NCBI GenBank assembly: GCA_041640575.1
Contig: JBEPZZ010000011.1
Coordinates: 3,316 to 22,119 of the forward strand
Origin: Pseudothermotoga sp.
GTDB lineage: Bacteria; Thermotogota; Thermotogae; Thermotogales; DSM-5069
DNA: 18,804 nucleotides
Direction: 5' to 3'
Numbering within the stretch: position 1 is the first letter of the stretch; each line of letters starts with the position of its first letter. The notes under the pieces are model-generated. The model made no database searches. It saw nothing but the letters and a program-made list of their open reading frames with translations, and was not told the origin of the DNA. Both the position numbers and the translations under genes were made by a program. This document shows, piece after piece, positions 1 to 8,939 of this stretch.

Positions 1-488
1 AAAGTGAACTCGTCTAACAATTCCTGGGTTGGATGCTCATGTCTACCGTCGCCTCCGTTTATAAATGCTGGTCTCTCGATACCATGTCTTTGGGCAAATT
101 CCCCTACTTTTCTTTCCAAAAGCCTCGGAACTCCTTCCAATCTAGTTCGTGTTATGAATATCGAGTAGTCACCATAACTTGCGAGCATGTTGAAAGTATC
201 AACATAACTTTCGTTCTTGTTGAAGGAAGAATGTTCGGCATCAAAAATGTTTACCTTTGCGTTCTTATGAAACTTTGCCGCATTGATAAAAGATTCCTTG
301 GTTCTTGTGCTTGGTTCAACAAAAACAATGTAGATGTTCACAGGATCTTTGATTTGAAATGCATCAAGGTTCTCTTTTAGAAGCCATTTCTGTTTCAGTT
401 CCTTTGTTTTCTCATAAATGAAAAGTTGTTCTTCTGTTGTAAAATCTCTTATCACTGCAAGGGTTCTTCCGCGGAAAGACTTTTGCAT
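1..488 (-). CDS. pyrB: Aspartate carbamoyltransferase catalytic chain, 5' part (runs off the window); probably the Thermotoga/Treponema-type PyrB-PyrI fusion
   Basis: Missing from the ORF track; translated by hand from ATG 488: MQKSFRGRTLAVIRDFTTEEQLFIYEKT...FVEPSTRTKESF...INGGDGRHEHPTQELLDEFT. STRT carbamoyl-phosphate motif and HPTQ motif present; GGAGG RBS at 497-501. The fusion is inferred from recalled N-terminal similarity, as the C-terminus is outside the window. Confidence 0.92.
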   Translation of the reverse strand, partial: MQKSFRGRTLAVIRDFTTEEQLFIYEKTKELKQKWLLKENLDAFQIKDPVNIYIVFVEPSTRTKESFINAAKFHKNAKVNIFDAEHSSFNKNESYVDTFNMLASYGDYSIFITRTRLEGVPRLLERKVGEFAQRHGIERPAFINGGDGRHEHPTQELLDEFT

Positions 489-503
489 CTTGCCCACCTC
501 CAT

Positions 504-675
504 TTAAATAAAAAAGGTCAGCTTTCGCTGACCTTCAAATTTACTGTTTTTTTGGAAAAGAAACTCATACATTTGGAACCTATTATGATTCCTTGAAAAG
601 CTTATGTCGTTTCTGAATGGTCGATAAGCTTTCACAGAGTTACACTCGCTTTCCTTAATATGGTTCAAACTACTA
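504..675 (-). promoter_or_regulatory. Structured 5' leader of pyrB (hairpins, possible leader peptide, terminator)
   Basis: Hairpins at 633-595 (AAAGCTTATCG...CGACATAAGCTTT), 592-575 (GGAATC-ATAATA-GGTTCC) and 535-514; short ORFs 572-504 and 568-518; candidate extended -10 TGG-TAATAT at 690-682. Confidence 0.6.
507..535 (-). terminator. Intrinsic terminator in the pyrB leader (attenuator)
   Basis: Minus strand AAGGTCAGC-GAAA-GCTGACCTT followed by TTTTATT, just upstream of the pyrB RBS, with no upstream same-strand gene nearby for it to terminate. Confidence 0.85.
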
Positions 676-883
676 TTTGGTATATTACCATAAAAATTTC
701 TAGAGAAATCTTGGCAGAATGTTCTAAAGATTATGGTGAGAGAATCCGTTTAACAAATTAGAGTATCAGACTTTTTTGTCTAAAAGTGTTGGGTTAATTA
801 CCGCCTCGACCAGCTTTGGATTTTGATAATGCAAAAGTTCTTTGGGAGATAAGTTTAAAGCTCGCAAAACTGGAGGGATAGGT

Positions 884-2307
884 ATGCAGCATCAAGGATA
901 CGATGTAGTAATAGTTAGTGCGGGTTCTCGGGACTTACATCGGCTGTGTATCTTGCCGGTGCTGGTAAAAAGATCTTGCTTTTAGAAAAAATAACGAATT
1001 TGGTGGTTTACTAAGTTCGTTTAAAATAGATGGATATACTCTTAACGTAGGTGTTAGAGCGATATTGAATTCAGGCGTGGTCTTACCAATGTTAGAAGAT
1101 TTAAACATTAATATTAAATTTGTCCCAAGCAAAGTATCCATTGGAATAGAAGATAAGATTATTCATGTTGAAGATATAAATTATATCGAAGAGTATAGAG
1201 ATCTATTGATAAAATTTTACCCCAACAGCGTAGAGAAATAGATAAGTTTATAAAAACTGTGCGCAAAATAATGAAAGCATTAGACATATTGTATGATATC
1301 GAAAATCCCCTGTTTAAGGATATCAAGAAGGACAAAGAATACTTTTTTAAAACGTTTTTGCCATGGTTAGCAAAATATCTTTTGAACGTAGACAAAATAA
1401 ATAATCTATCTAAACCTTGTTGAGAATATCTGAATGAAATCGTAAAAAATCCCTCACTTGTAGACATCATCTCACAATATTTTTTCAAAGGAACCCCCAC
1501 ATTCTTTGCATTGAGCTATTTTAAGTTATATCTTAGCTATCTATATCCAAAGGGTGAAACTGGAAAACTTTCAGGAAAATAAGGGAATTAAAACGGTGAA
1601 CTTTTAAACAATCTCGTCGGTAAAGAGATTAATGCGATCAAAAGTTTGTCTTAGACAATAACGGCAACAAATATTATTATGAACATCTTATTTGGGAAGC
1701 TGATTTAAAAAGCCTTTTAACCGATCACAAAACTGGACAGCCTAAATCAGAGGATTAAGGGCAATTTTGATAAGAAGAAAAAAGTTGTGGATAAAGCAAA
1801 GTCCAGTGAATCTGTATTCTTTCTTTACGTAGAGTTTGATTTACCGCTGTATTATTTTAAGAATATCTCCCATGGACACTTTTTTATACTCCATCAAAGG
1901 AAGGTTTACGCAATACCAATACAAATAAGCTTAAAGACATCTTGGAAAACTGGTAGCGCACCAGTAAGCGTGGTGTTTTATCGTGGTTAGATCATTTTCT
2001 AAATATAATACGTTTGAGCTATCTATACCAGGTCTAAAAGACTCAAATCTTGTCTGAAACGGAAAAACAGGTGTAATCGTTTGAGTATTGAGAAAAAGAT
2101 AGACGCTGCTGATGGTGCTATTGTTGGATGGTCATTTGAGACGGCAATAGCTGCAGTTAATAAAATTCAAATGATTAACAAGTCGATATCTACGCCTGTT
2201 CCAAGCATAGTTCAGGTAGGCCAATGGTCGTACAGTCGGGTGGCGTACCTACTTATCTAATTACAGGTAAACTAACCGCCGACAGAATAATTAAAAAGCA
2301 AGGTTAA
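884..2307 (+). pseudogene. Degraded NAD(P)/FAD-dependent oxidoreductase, phytoene dehydrogenase-like (COG1233-type)
   Basis: GGAGG RBS then ATG 884. Stitched frames give YDVVIVSAG/FSGLTSAVYLAGAGKKILLLEK/NNEFGGLLSSFKIDGYTLNVG (decayed Rossmann motif), YLYPKGETGKL, and C-terminal DGAIVGWSF...VGQWSYS/GGVPTYLITGKLTADRII. Frameshifts near 925, 990 and 1235, stops at 1421 and 1580, more lesions downstream. ORF 1787..1990 begins as a fragment of it. Confidence 0.85.
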
Positions 2308-2641
2308 TGTGGAACAAATAAATTCAAAATGAGCAAAACTTTGTTAAAAACGAACGATCATAAGAAACGTTCTCCAATAACTAGTTTTAGACCAATACTA
2401 CAGTTACTTTAGAGTTATCTTACTTGCAAAGCTTTATATGACTTGTATAGCAGATTCGATGCGAATATTGTACACAGGAAAGTTTTCTTAAATCCCTTTT
2501 TCTATTAATTTTCGCAGCAATCTTTGCTCCAGAATTCTTGTTGAAACCGTTAAAGTGTTTTTTGCTTAGAAAATTTTTAGAAAATTTTCATGATGATTTT
2601 AGAACTTAAAATTCGTTATAGAACAAGCATTAAAGAACTTG

Positions 2642-4819
2642 TTATGAGTTTTTGCCTTTTTTCCAGATAACTTTGTTACAGTTCGGACAAAAAAGTCTTG
2701 TCTGAGATCTAAAGGTCTTGTAGTAAAGTTGACCAGAACACTTCGGACATTTTTCATTAGCCGGTTCCAACCAGCTGATGAAATCACATTCAGGATTTGT
2801 GCATTTATAGAAAGTTTTGTTGTTCTTGCTTACCTTTTTCTCGACGGCAGAGGAGCATTTGGGGCACCGCCCGCGCGCGAAAATTCCGTAGGTCTTGCCG
2901 CAATTGTCACATTTCAGATAAGATCCGTATCTTCCTTCAACTTGTTTGAGCTCAGAACCGCAGTTTGGACAAACGTGCTTATCTTGTTTTTCTTGTTCAA
3001 AGTCGTAGAAATACATTGTATCATTATCCAAAACGGCAAGCTCATCCAATTTCAGAGACTGATTCTTGGAACACTGCGGGCATGAAAGGTAAAGACCATA
3101 TGGCCCAGTTCGCAACCTAAAGTAAGCTCCACATTCACACTGTTTGTTTGTGTTGAAATCTATGGAGTACCAACTTTCCTGGGCCTTATCGAGATACTTT
3201 GAGAAACTGTCGTAAAATTCTTGGAGGATTTCTTTATAGTTTTTTTCACCTTGTTCAACCTTGTCTAGTTCTTTTTCCATTTTGGCTGTAAATTCAAGGT
3301 CAATGACCGATGGAAATCTTTCCTCAAGATAGTGGCTAACAACAAATCCAATAACAGTAGGAACAAGTTCTTTGAATTTCTTCACAACGTATTTTCTCTC
3401 CAGAAGTGTTGATATGATCGTTGCATATGTACTTGGCCTACCTATGCCTCTTGCTTCAAGCGCTCGCACCATTGATGCTTCGGTGTACCTCGCTGGTGGT
3501 TTGGTCTCATCTTCGGAGATATTCCAGCGATCAATTATTACTGTTCCTTTTGGAATTTCAAAATCTTTTCGACTTGATTTTCCAAAAATAGCTTCAAAAC
3601 CATCGAAAATTGGTTTTTCCACCTTTGCCTCAAAATTGTATCGCCCATTTTCAAACAATATCGTGGTTTCCTCGTAAACGGCATCAGCCATTTGGGAAGC
3701 AATAAATCTTTCCCAGACCAACTTATATAGTTTGTACTGATCTTGGTTTAAAAGTTCTTTCGCTTTTTCTAACGTTACGCTCAAATCAACTGGTCTGATT
3801 GCTTCATGAGCATCTTGTACGTTTATATTATTGGACTTTTTTGGTTTTCTCGCTTCTCCAAGATATTCCTCCCCAAATCTTTTCTTTATATATCCTTCAG
3901 CAGCCTGCCTTGCGTAATCTGAGATCCTTGTTGAATCCGTGCGCATATATGTGATAAAAGCTTTGTGACCTTCTTTTGTTTCTACTCCTTCGTAAAGTTG
4001 TTGAGCTAATTGCATTGTCTTGCTAACTGAATATCCTAACTTGTTTGCTGCTTCTTGTTGAAGAGTGCTTGTAATGAAAGGCTCTGGAGCCTTTTTCTTA
4101 ACAGTTCTGGTTTTTACATCAACTACAAGAAGGCTTTTTACACTGTATTCTATTTCTTTTGCTGTTTTTTCATCTACCTCTTGCATTTCGACTTTCTTAC
4201 CGTCAATGTGAGTTAGGTGGAATTTGATATCTCCAACATATCCTTCCACTCTCCAAAACTTTTTCGACTGAAATTTATACCGCTGCAGTTCTCTTTCGCA
4301 AACAAGTTTTAAAGCAGCAGACTGAACCCTACCTGCACTTAAGTTTGCCCTTAGAGCCTTCCAAAGCAGCGGACTGATTTTATAACCAACTATTCTGTCA
4401 AGTATTCTTCTTGCGATTTGTGCCTCTACTTTTCTCATGTCAATTTCGTTGGGGTTTTTCAAAGCCTCACGAATACCTTTTGGTGTGATTTCACTAAACA
4501 CTATGCGGTTTTTACCACTTTTCAACCCCAGCAAATGTGCCAAATGCCAAGCTATTGCTTCTCCTTCGCGGTCCATGTCAGAAGCAAGGAGGACAGATTT
4601 TCCTTCAGTTCTCTTTTTGAGTTCCTGAATGATTTTTTCTTTTCCTTTGATTATCTCAAATTTTGGCTCGAAATCTTTTTTTAGGTTCACACCAAATTCA
4701 TCTTCTGGAAGGTCTCTAACGTGACCTTTAGATGCTAAAACTTCATATTCGTTGTTCAAGATTTCCTGAATTGTGTGCGCTTTGGCAGGCGATTCGACGA
4801 TGATAACTTTCTTGGGCAT
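2642..4819 (-). CDS. topA: DNA topoisomerase I (type IA)
   Basis: TOPRIM IVESPAKA and DMDREGEAI, SAGRVQS, catalytic ITYMRTDS, AHEAIRP, GIGRPSTY, C-terminal C4 zinc ribbons. ATG 4819 preferred over TTG 4822 from spacing to GGAGG at 4826-4830. Confidence 0.97.
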   Translation of the reverse strand: MPKKVIIVESPAKAHTIQEILNNEYEVLASKGHVRDLPEDEFGVNLKKDFEPKFEIIKGKEKIIQELKKRTEGKSVLLASDMDREGEAIAWHLAHLLGLKSGKNRIVFSEITPKGIREALKNPNEIDMRKVEAQIARRILDRIVGYKISPLLWKALRANLSAGRVQSAALKLVCERELQRYKFQSKKFWRVEGYVGDIKFHLTHIDGKKVEMQEVDEKTAKEIEYSVKSLLVVDVKTRTVKKKAPEPFITSTLQQEAANKLGYSVSKTMQLAQQLYEGVETKEGHKAFITYMRTDSTRISDYARQAAEGYIKKRFGEEYLGEARKPKKSNNINVQDAHEAIRPVDLSVTLEKAKELLNQDQYKLYKLVWERFIASQMADAVYEETTILFENGRYNFEAKVEKPIFDGFEAIFGKSSRKDFEIPKGTVIIDRWNISEDETKPPARYTEASMVRALEARGIGRPSTYATIISTLLERKYVVKKFKELVPTVIGFVVSHYLEERFPSVIDLEFTAKMEKELDKVEQGEKNYKEILQEFYDSFSKYLDKAQESWYSIDFNTNKQCECGAYFRLRTGPYGLYLSCPQCSKNQSLKLDELAVLDNDTMYFYDFEQEKQDKHVCPNCGSELKQVEGRYGSYLKCDNCGKTYGIFARGRCPKCSSAVEKKVSKNNKTFYKCTNPECDFISWLEPANEKCPKCSGQLYYKTFRSQTRLFCPNCNKVIWKKGKNS

Positions 4820-4907
4820 CAAACACCTCCAAGTACTTGACCTTCTTACAAAACGAAGTATGCCATTTGGGCAAGGTATTCAAGCATTTCGACTTGGTTA
4901 GCAAGGT

Positions 4908-6326
4908 TTATTGTGATCTTACGATCATTCTAACAGCATTCATAAGAATCTGAAAGGTTTGCTGTTCTTTTGCCTCAACATAAATCCTTACCACTGGCTC
5001 AGTTCCTGAGGACCTTGCGAGTATCCAACTTCCAGGTTTGTCGAAGAAAAATCTTATTCCATCAGTTTCATCTTTGTCCGATATTGATAGGTTTTTTACG
5101 AAAGGATCAATCTGCTTGAATTTGCTCAAAAAGTTTTCTTTTTCTTTATCGTCCTGAAAGCTTAGATCAACGCGAGTGTTGAAAAATGATCCATAGGTTT
5201 TCCTGAATTCCTCCCTAATTTCAGAAAGAGTCTTGCCTTCATAAGCAAGCATCTCAAGGATCAGCAAATCAGCAAGAATACCATCTTTCTCAGGAACGTG
5301 GTTGGCTATGGATAATCCGCCACTTTCTTCACCAGCTATAACAACACCCTCATCAAGCAAAGCAGCCGCAAGATACTTAAAGCCAACAGGGGTTTCAAGA
5401 GACTTTTCTCCGTAAGCTTGTGCAACAGCATCTATAGCATGTGAAGTTGCAACAGTTCGCGCAACTGGTCCTTTCTTTGCTTTGTTTTTGTACAAATGAT
5501 GTGCAAGCAAGGCAATGACTTCGTTTGGTTTGACATACTCTCCCTTTTCGTCTACTATACCGAATCTATCAGCATCGCCATCTGTAGCTATTCCACAGTC
5601 AAAAGCCCTTCTTTTCACGATTTCTCCAACGCTTTTCATCCTTGATTCGTCCGGTTCTGGCCTGTCACCTCCAAAGTATGGATCCCTAAAATCATGCAGA
5701 ATTTCCAATTCGGCACAGCATCTTCTGCAAAGCTCGTCCAAATATCCAACTGCAGTACCGTAAAGAAGATCGGCAACTACTTTCAAACCGGCAGATTTTA
5801 TCCTCTCAAAATCGATATGTTTTGAAAGCTCTTTGAAGTACTGAGGCCTTGGATCAAAAACCTCGAATAAATCTTTAGAAGCAGCCTCTCGGATGGTGAT
5901 TAAAGGTATCTTCTTTGGGTCAACCTTTTCAGCGAGCTCTTCTATCTGTTTTGTGATTGTTGTTGGCGCTGGAGCACCATCTGACGGATTGAATTTAATA
6001 CCGCAGTATTCCGCAGGGTTATGAGAAGCAGTAATGTTAATTCCACCGCTCAGTTGATAGTATCTTATTGCAAAAGATACCACGGGTGTAGGAGTTGGGT
6101 CTTGAGGCATGTAAACTTTTATCCCATTGGCCGTTAGTACCTGCGCTACAAGTTGCGCGTATTTTTCTGTCATGAACCTAGTGTCTCTCGCAACAATGAC
6201 AGCTTTGCCGTTGTTTTTCTTTAAGTATTCCGAAATTGCTTGAGTTACGATTTTGACATTTTCGAAAGTAAATTCATCACTTATTATTGCTCTCCATCCA
6301 GAGGTTCCAAATTTAATCTTCGCCAC
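4908..6326 (-). CDS. Phosphoglucomutase/phosphomannomutase (alpha-D-phosphohexomutase family)
   Basis: KIKFGTSGWR, TASHNP phosphoserine loop, DGDADR metal loop, GEESGG, RSSGTEP. Start reassigned to GTG 6326 after a G-rich RBS; it overlaps the end of the upstream HD gene. Confidence 0.93.
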   Translation of the reverse strand: MAKIKFGTSGWRAIISDEFTFENVKIVTQAISEYLKKNNGKAVIVARDTRFMTEKYAQLVAQVLTANGIKVYMPQDPTPTPVVSFAIRYYQLSGGINITASHNPAEYCGIKFNPSDGAPAPTTITKQIEELAEKVDPKKIPLITIREAASKDLFEVFDPRPQYFKELSKHIDFERIKSAGLKVVADLLYGTAVGYLDELCRRCCAELEILHDFRDPYFGGDRPEPDESRMKSVGEIVKRRAFDCGIATDGDADRFGIVDEKGEYVKPNEVIALLAHHLYKNKAKKGPVARTVATSHAIDAVAQAYGEKSLETPVGFKYLAAALLDEGVVIAGEESGGLSIANHVPEKDGILADLLILEMLAYEGKTLSEIREEFRKTYGSFFNTRVDLSFQDDKEKENFLSKFKQIDPFVKNLSISDKDETDGIRFFFDKPGSWILARSSGTEPVVRIYVEAKEQQTFQILMNAVRMIVRSQ

Positions 6327-7368
6327 CGAATCCCCCCAGCCAAATTCTTCTTTGAAGATGTTTGTCGAAATCACTCCAGAGTCTAGAAATGCCATTTTTC
6401 TTTTCTTTTTGACCAATCGTCCTAAAACGCGAAAGTTTCGCGTCCAAATTTTCCACCATATGCACAACAAGTGCCTCAGCAGTTTTTGGAACTACTGGAG
6501 AACCCCATTCGAGCTCTCCATGATGTGATAACATTATGTGTTCGATTTGCGCAAGTTTTCCTTTCGATATTTTAATGTCTTTTATCTTGTTATGAAGAAT
6601 TTCAATTCCCAATACAATATGACCTTTCAACTCACCTTCCGTCGTTACTTCAAGGCCTTTTTTTGTTATCGTGTATTCATCAACCTTGCCTATGTCATGT
6701 AGAATTGCACCGGCGATCACAAGATCTTTGTTTAAGATATCTTCATATATATTCCAGATTCTCTTACAAATTGTAGCAACAGTCACCGTGTGTTCAATTA
6801 AGCCACCTATGTATGCGTGATGAACTGTCACTCCCGCCGGGACCTTTAGAAATTTCTTTATAAATTCTTCGTCTTTGATAAACAACGCTTCAAGCAAATT
6901 TCTTATTTCTTTGTCTTGTATATCATTAATCAATATCAGCAGCTTTTGATAAAGCCTCTCGATATCTTCAGAAGTTGTTTCCACAAATCTTTCCAGTTCA
7001 TATTCTTCATCTTGCATTATTCTCAACGATTCTTTTGATTTATCCAAATTAAGCTGTAAATGATCCTCAAAGTAAACAATTTTGCCTCTGGCAAGTACTA
7101 CATCACCTTCGTTGAGTTTATCGAAATTTTCATCAGCATTGTGCCAATCTACCGCTCTAAGAACACCAGAACGATCAGTCAATGTCAAAAGTAGAAACTT
7201 TTTTTGGTCCTTAGTCTCTTGCAGCCTCTTACTTGTAATCTTCGCTATGATTTCTACATTCTCGTTGAGCTTTTTACTGACATCACAAATTAATGGCAGG
7301 TTCATAGTCGATTGTGACACAGCTCTTTGAACAAGATCTTTTGGCATTTTGTCTCCAAGTTGCACCAT
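6313..7368 (-). CDS. YhaM/Cbf1-like 3'-5' exoribonuclease (OB-fold plus HD domain)
   Basis: N-terminal OB-like segment (FLLLTLTDRSGVLRAVDW), HHAYIGGLIEHT, LHDIGK, GHIVLG, SHHGELEWGSPVVP. Start is ATG 7368 (AAGGGTG RBS) or 7347. Confidence 0.85.
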   Translation of the reverse strand: MVQLGDKMPKDLVQRAVSQSTMNLPLICDVSKKLNENVEIIAKITSKRLQETKDQKKFLLLTLTDRSGVLRAVDWHNADENFDKLNEGDVVLARGKIVYFEDHLQLNLDKSKESLRIMQDEEYELERFVETTSEDIERLYQKLLILINDIQDKEIRNLLEALFIKDEEFIKKFLKVPAGVTVHHAYIGGLIEHTVTVATICKRIWNIYEDILNKDLVIAGAILHDIGKVDEYTITKKGLEVTTEGELKGHIVLGIEILHNKIKDIKISKGKLAQIEHIMLSHHGELEWGSPVVPKTAEALVVHMVENLDAKLSRFRTIGQKEKKNGISRLWSDFDKHLQRRIWLGGFGGED

Positions 7369-7387
7369 TTCACACCCTTTCACACAA

Positions 7388-7415
7388 ATTGTACCAAAAA
7401 TCTTCGATGTCTGAA
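7388..7415 (-). promoter_or_regulatory. Putative sigma70-type promoter for HD nuclease-PGM(-topA)
   Basis: TTCAGA-N16-TACAAT with TG extension (TGG-TACAAT). Confidence 0.5.
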
Positions 7416-7425
7416 TTCGTGATCA

Positions 7426-8610
7426 TTAATGTGTTATCATTTGGTGAATCTTTTGTAGCTTCAGAAACTTAATTTGGGTCACTAGCACCACACAGGAAAT
7501 CGCTAATCCCATTATCCCAAGTCCAAACTCGCTTTTGAAGGCTTGTATTACCATACCTCCAAGGAGCGGTCCAAAACCCCAAAGCATACCTATCGTAGCC
7601 TCGTGAAAGCCACCTTGCTTTCCTTGGTCAGAATGTTGCGAAGCTAAACCATAGTAAATAGCAAAAGTGTACGGAACAGCGTAAGACATTCCACCAAGGA
7701 TCGATATCAAGAGAAATACAATGGTGTTTTTAGGAATAAGTAGCAACAAACTCGTTGCCGGCAAAACTGCAAGCATAAACAAAGATTTCTTGATGTTTCC
7801 TGCCCATTTTCGATACACTGAAAGAGTCAAGAATGTGAAAAAAACTGACAGATTGGCTCCAACTATTATGAAGCCAGTCAAGCTTAAAGGTAAGCCATAC
7901 GAACTTATAACCTTTGGAAATAACGAAAGAATAGCTGTATAAACTAACCCACATAAAAACAGCGTTAACCTATAAACAGTCCTGTAGGATTGTGCGTTTG
8001 GAAATTCTGGTATTCTTTCAATGACTTTCAAGCTTCTAGAAGGCGTGAAAGCAAACGTGTCTTTGTTCTTTCTGTAATCAATTCCTAAGAATATGCCGAC
8101 GCTAAAGCAAAGAACAGAGCCAAACAGAAAAGTTAGAACTGGAAGATTGACGGCTAAGAGCGGGCCAAAGGCCATTCCAATGATGTTTCCAAAACTCCAT
8201 GATAAGTTGTACCGACCGATTGTTTTCGCATGATCTACGCCGTGATATTTTTCATTTTTTGTGACAATTGCTACAAGCTGTGGATACAAACTACCGAAGA
8301 AGAATTGAAACCCAAAAGCCAGCGGAAACAAATAAAATATCCCTTTCAAGAAAATTGAGACAATTAAGAAAATGGAGAATATTAGACACGAAACGCTCAG
8401 AAATTTCTTGTGCCCGAACCGATCACCGAAGCTACCAAATCCAAGGCTTCCAATTACATAAGCAATAGCAGCGAAGAAATTTATCAAGCCAATGACAGAA
8501 TAACTTAAACCAAGTTTTGCAGCAGTAGTGTTCACATAAGAGCTCAGTAGGTAGGCAAGAACTGAAAAAATAGCAGTTAGAAAATTGAAGATATGAAAGT
8601 AACCTCTCAA
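7426..8610 (-). CDS. Major facilitator superfamily transporter, substrate unknown
   Basis: About 12 hydrophobic segments; MFS motif A GSFGDRFGHKK; GMAFGPLLA and WGFGPLLGG. Start reassigned to TTG 8610 after GGAGGT RBS; candidate TGA-TAAGAT extended -10 at 8653-8645. Confidence 0.88.
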   Translation of the reverse strand: MRGYFHIFNFLTAIFSVLAYLLSSYVNTTAAKLGLSYSVIGLINFFAAIAYVIGSLGFGSFGDRFGHKKFLSVSCLIFSIFLIVSIFLKGIFYLFPLAFGFQFFFGSLYPQLVAIVTKNEKYHGVDHAKTIGRYNLSWSFGNIIGMAFGPLLAVNLPVLTFLFGSVLCFSVGIFLGIDYRKNKDTFAFTPSRSLKVIERIPEFPNAQSYRTVYRLTLFLCGLVYTAILSLFPKVISSYGLPLSLTGFIIVGANLSVFFTFLTLSVYRKWAGNIKKSLFMLAVLPATSLLLLIPKNTIVFLLISILGGMSYAVPYTFAIYYGLASQHSDQGKQGGFHEATIGMLWGFGPLLGGMVIQAFKSEFGLGIMGLAISCVVLVTQIKFLKLQKIHQMITH

Positions 8611-8939
8611 AAGACAGACACCTCCATTCAGAGCTATCTTAAGCATCTTATCACACTAAATGTTACACAAAGATTATTAAGAAATTTCTTCAAGAACTTT
8701 CAATTCTGTCGATAAATTAATCAGTGTTTAGCTGCAAAGGTTAATGAATTGACCATTTTAGACGTTCTTTATCAAACTAGCGAAGAAATTATTCAAGATT
8801 TAAGAATAAGTTGTGAAATTATGCAGTTTTCGACCACTACTACTTTTTGTCAAGAAAATATGATACTCTTGGGTTTGTACAAGAAGATTAATCCAAAGTT
8901 TTTGGTAAACAGCTTGAAAGATTATCGAGGTGAGGGAAA

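Noticed and set aside
33..380. 115-aa plus-strand ORF
   Set aside because: Antisense shadow of pyrB, which carries the conserved motifs.
535..592. Loose resemblance to a purine riboswitch (CATAAT...TATGA.GTTTCT...CAGTAAA)
   Set aside because: GUUUCUAC core incomplete, and P1/P2/P3 stems and the loop-loop contact cannot be built.
935..1500. Minus-strand ORFs 935..1141 and 1159..1500
   Set aside because: Antisense to the oxidoreductase pseudogene; no RBS or motifs.
2566..2587. 11-bp tandem repeat TTAGAAAATTT x2
   Set aside because: Low complexity in AT-rich DNA; only two copies and no spacers, so not CRISPR or iterons.
6327..6470. N-terminal extension of the PGM ORF, and similar extensions at 8611-8646, 10800-10913 and 13901-13990
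   Set aside because: Longest-ORF artefacts: they overlap a neighbouring gene or lie upstream of the RBS or promoter.
8811..8828. TTGTGAAATTATGCAGTT as a Rex or ArgR operator
   Set aside because: Only a half-site matches; no dyad symmetry.
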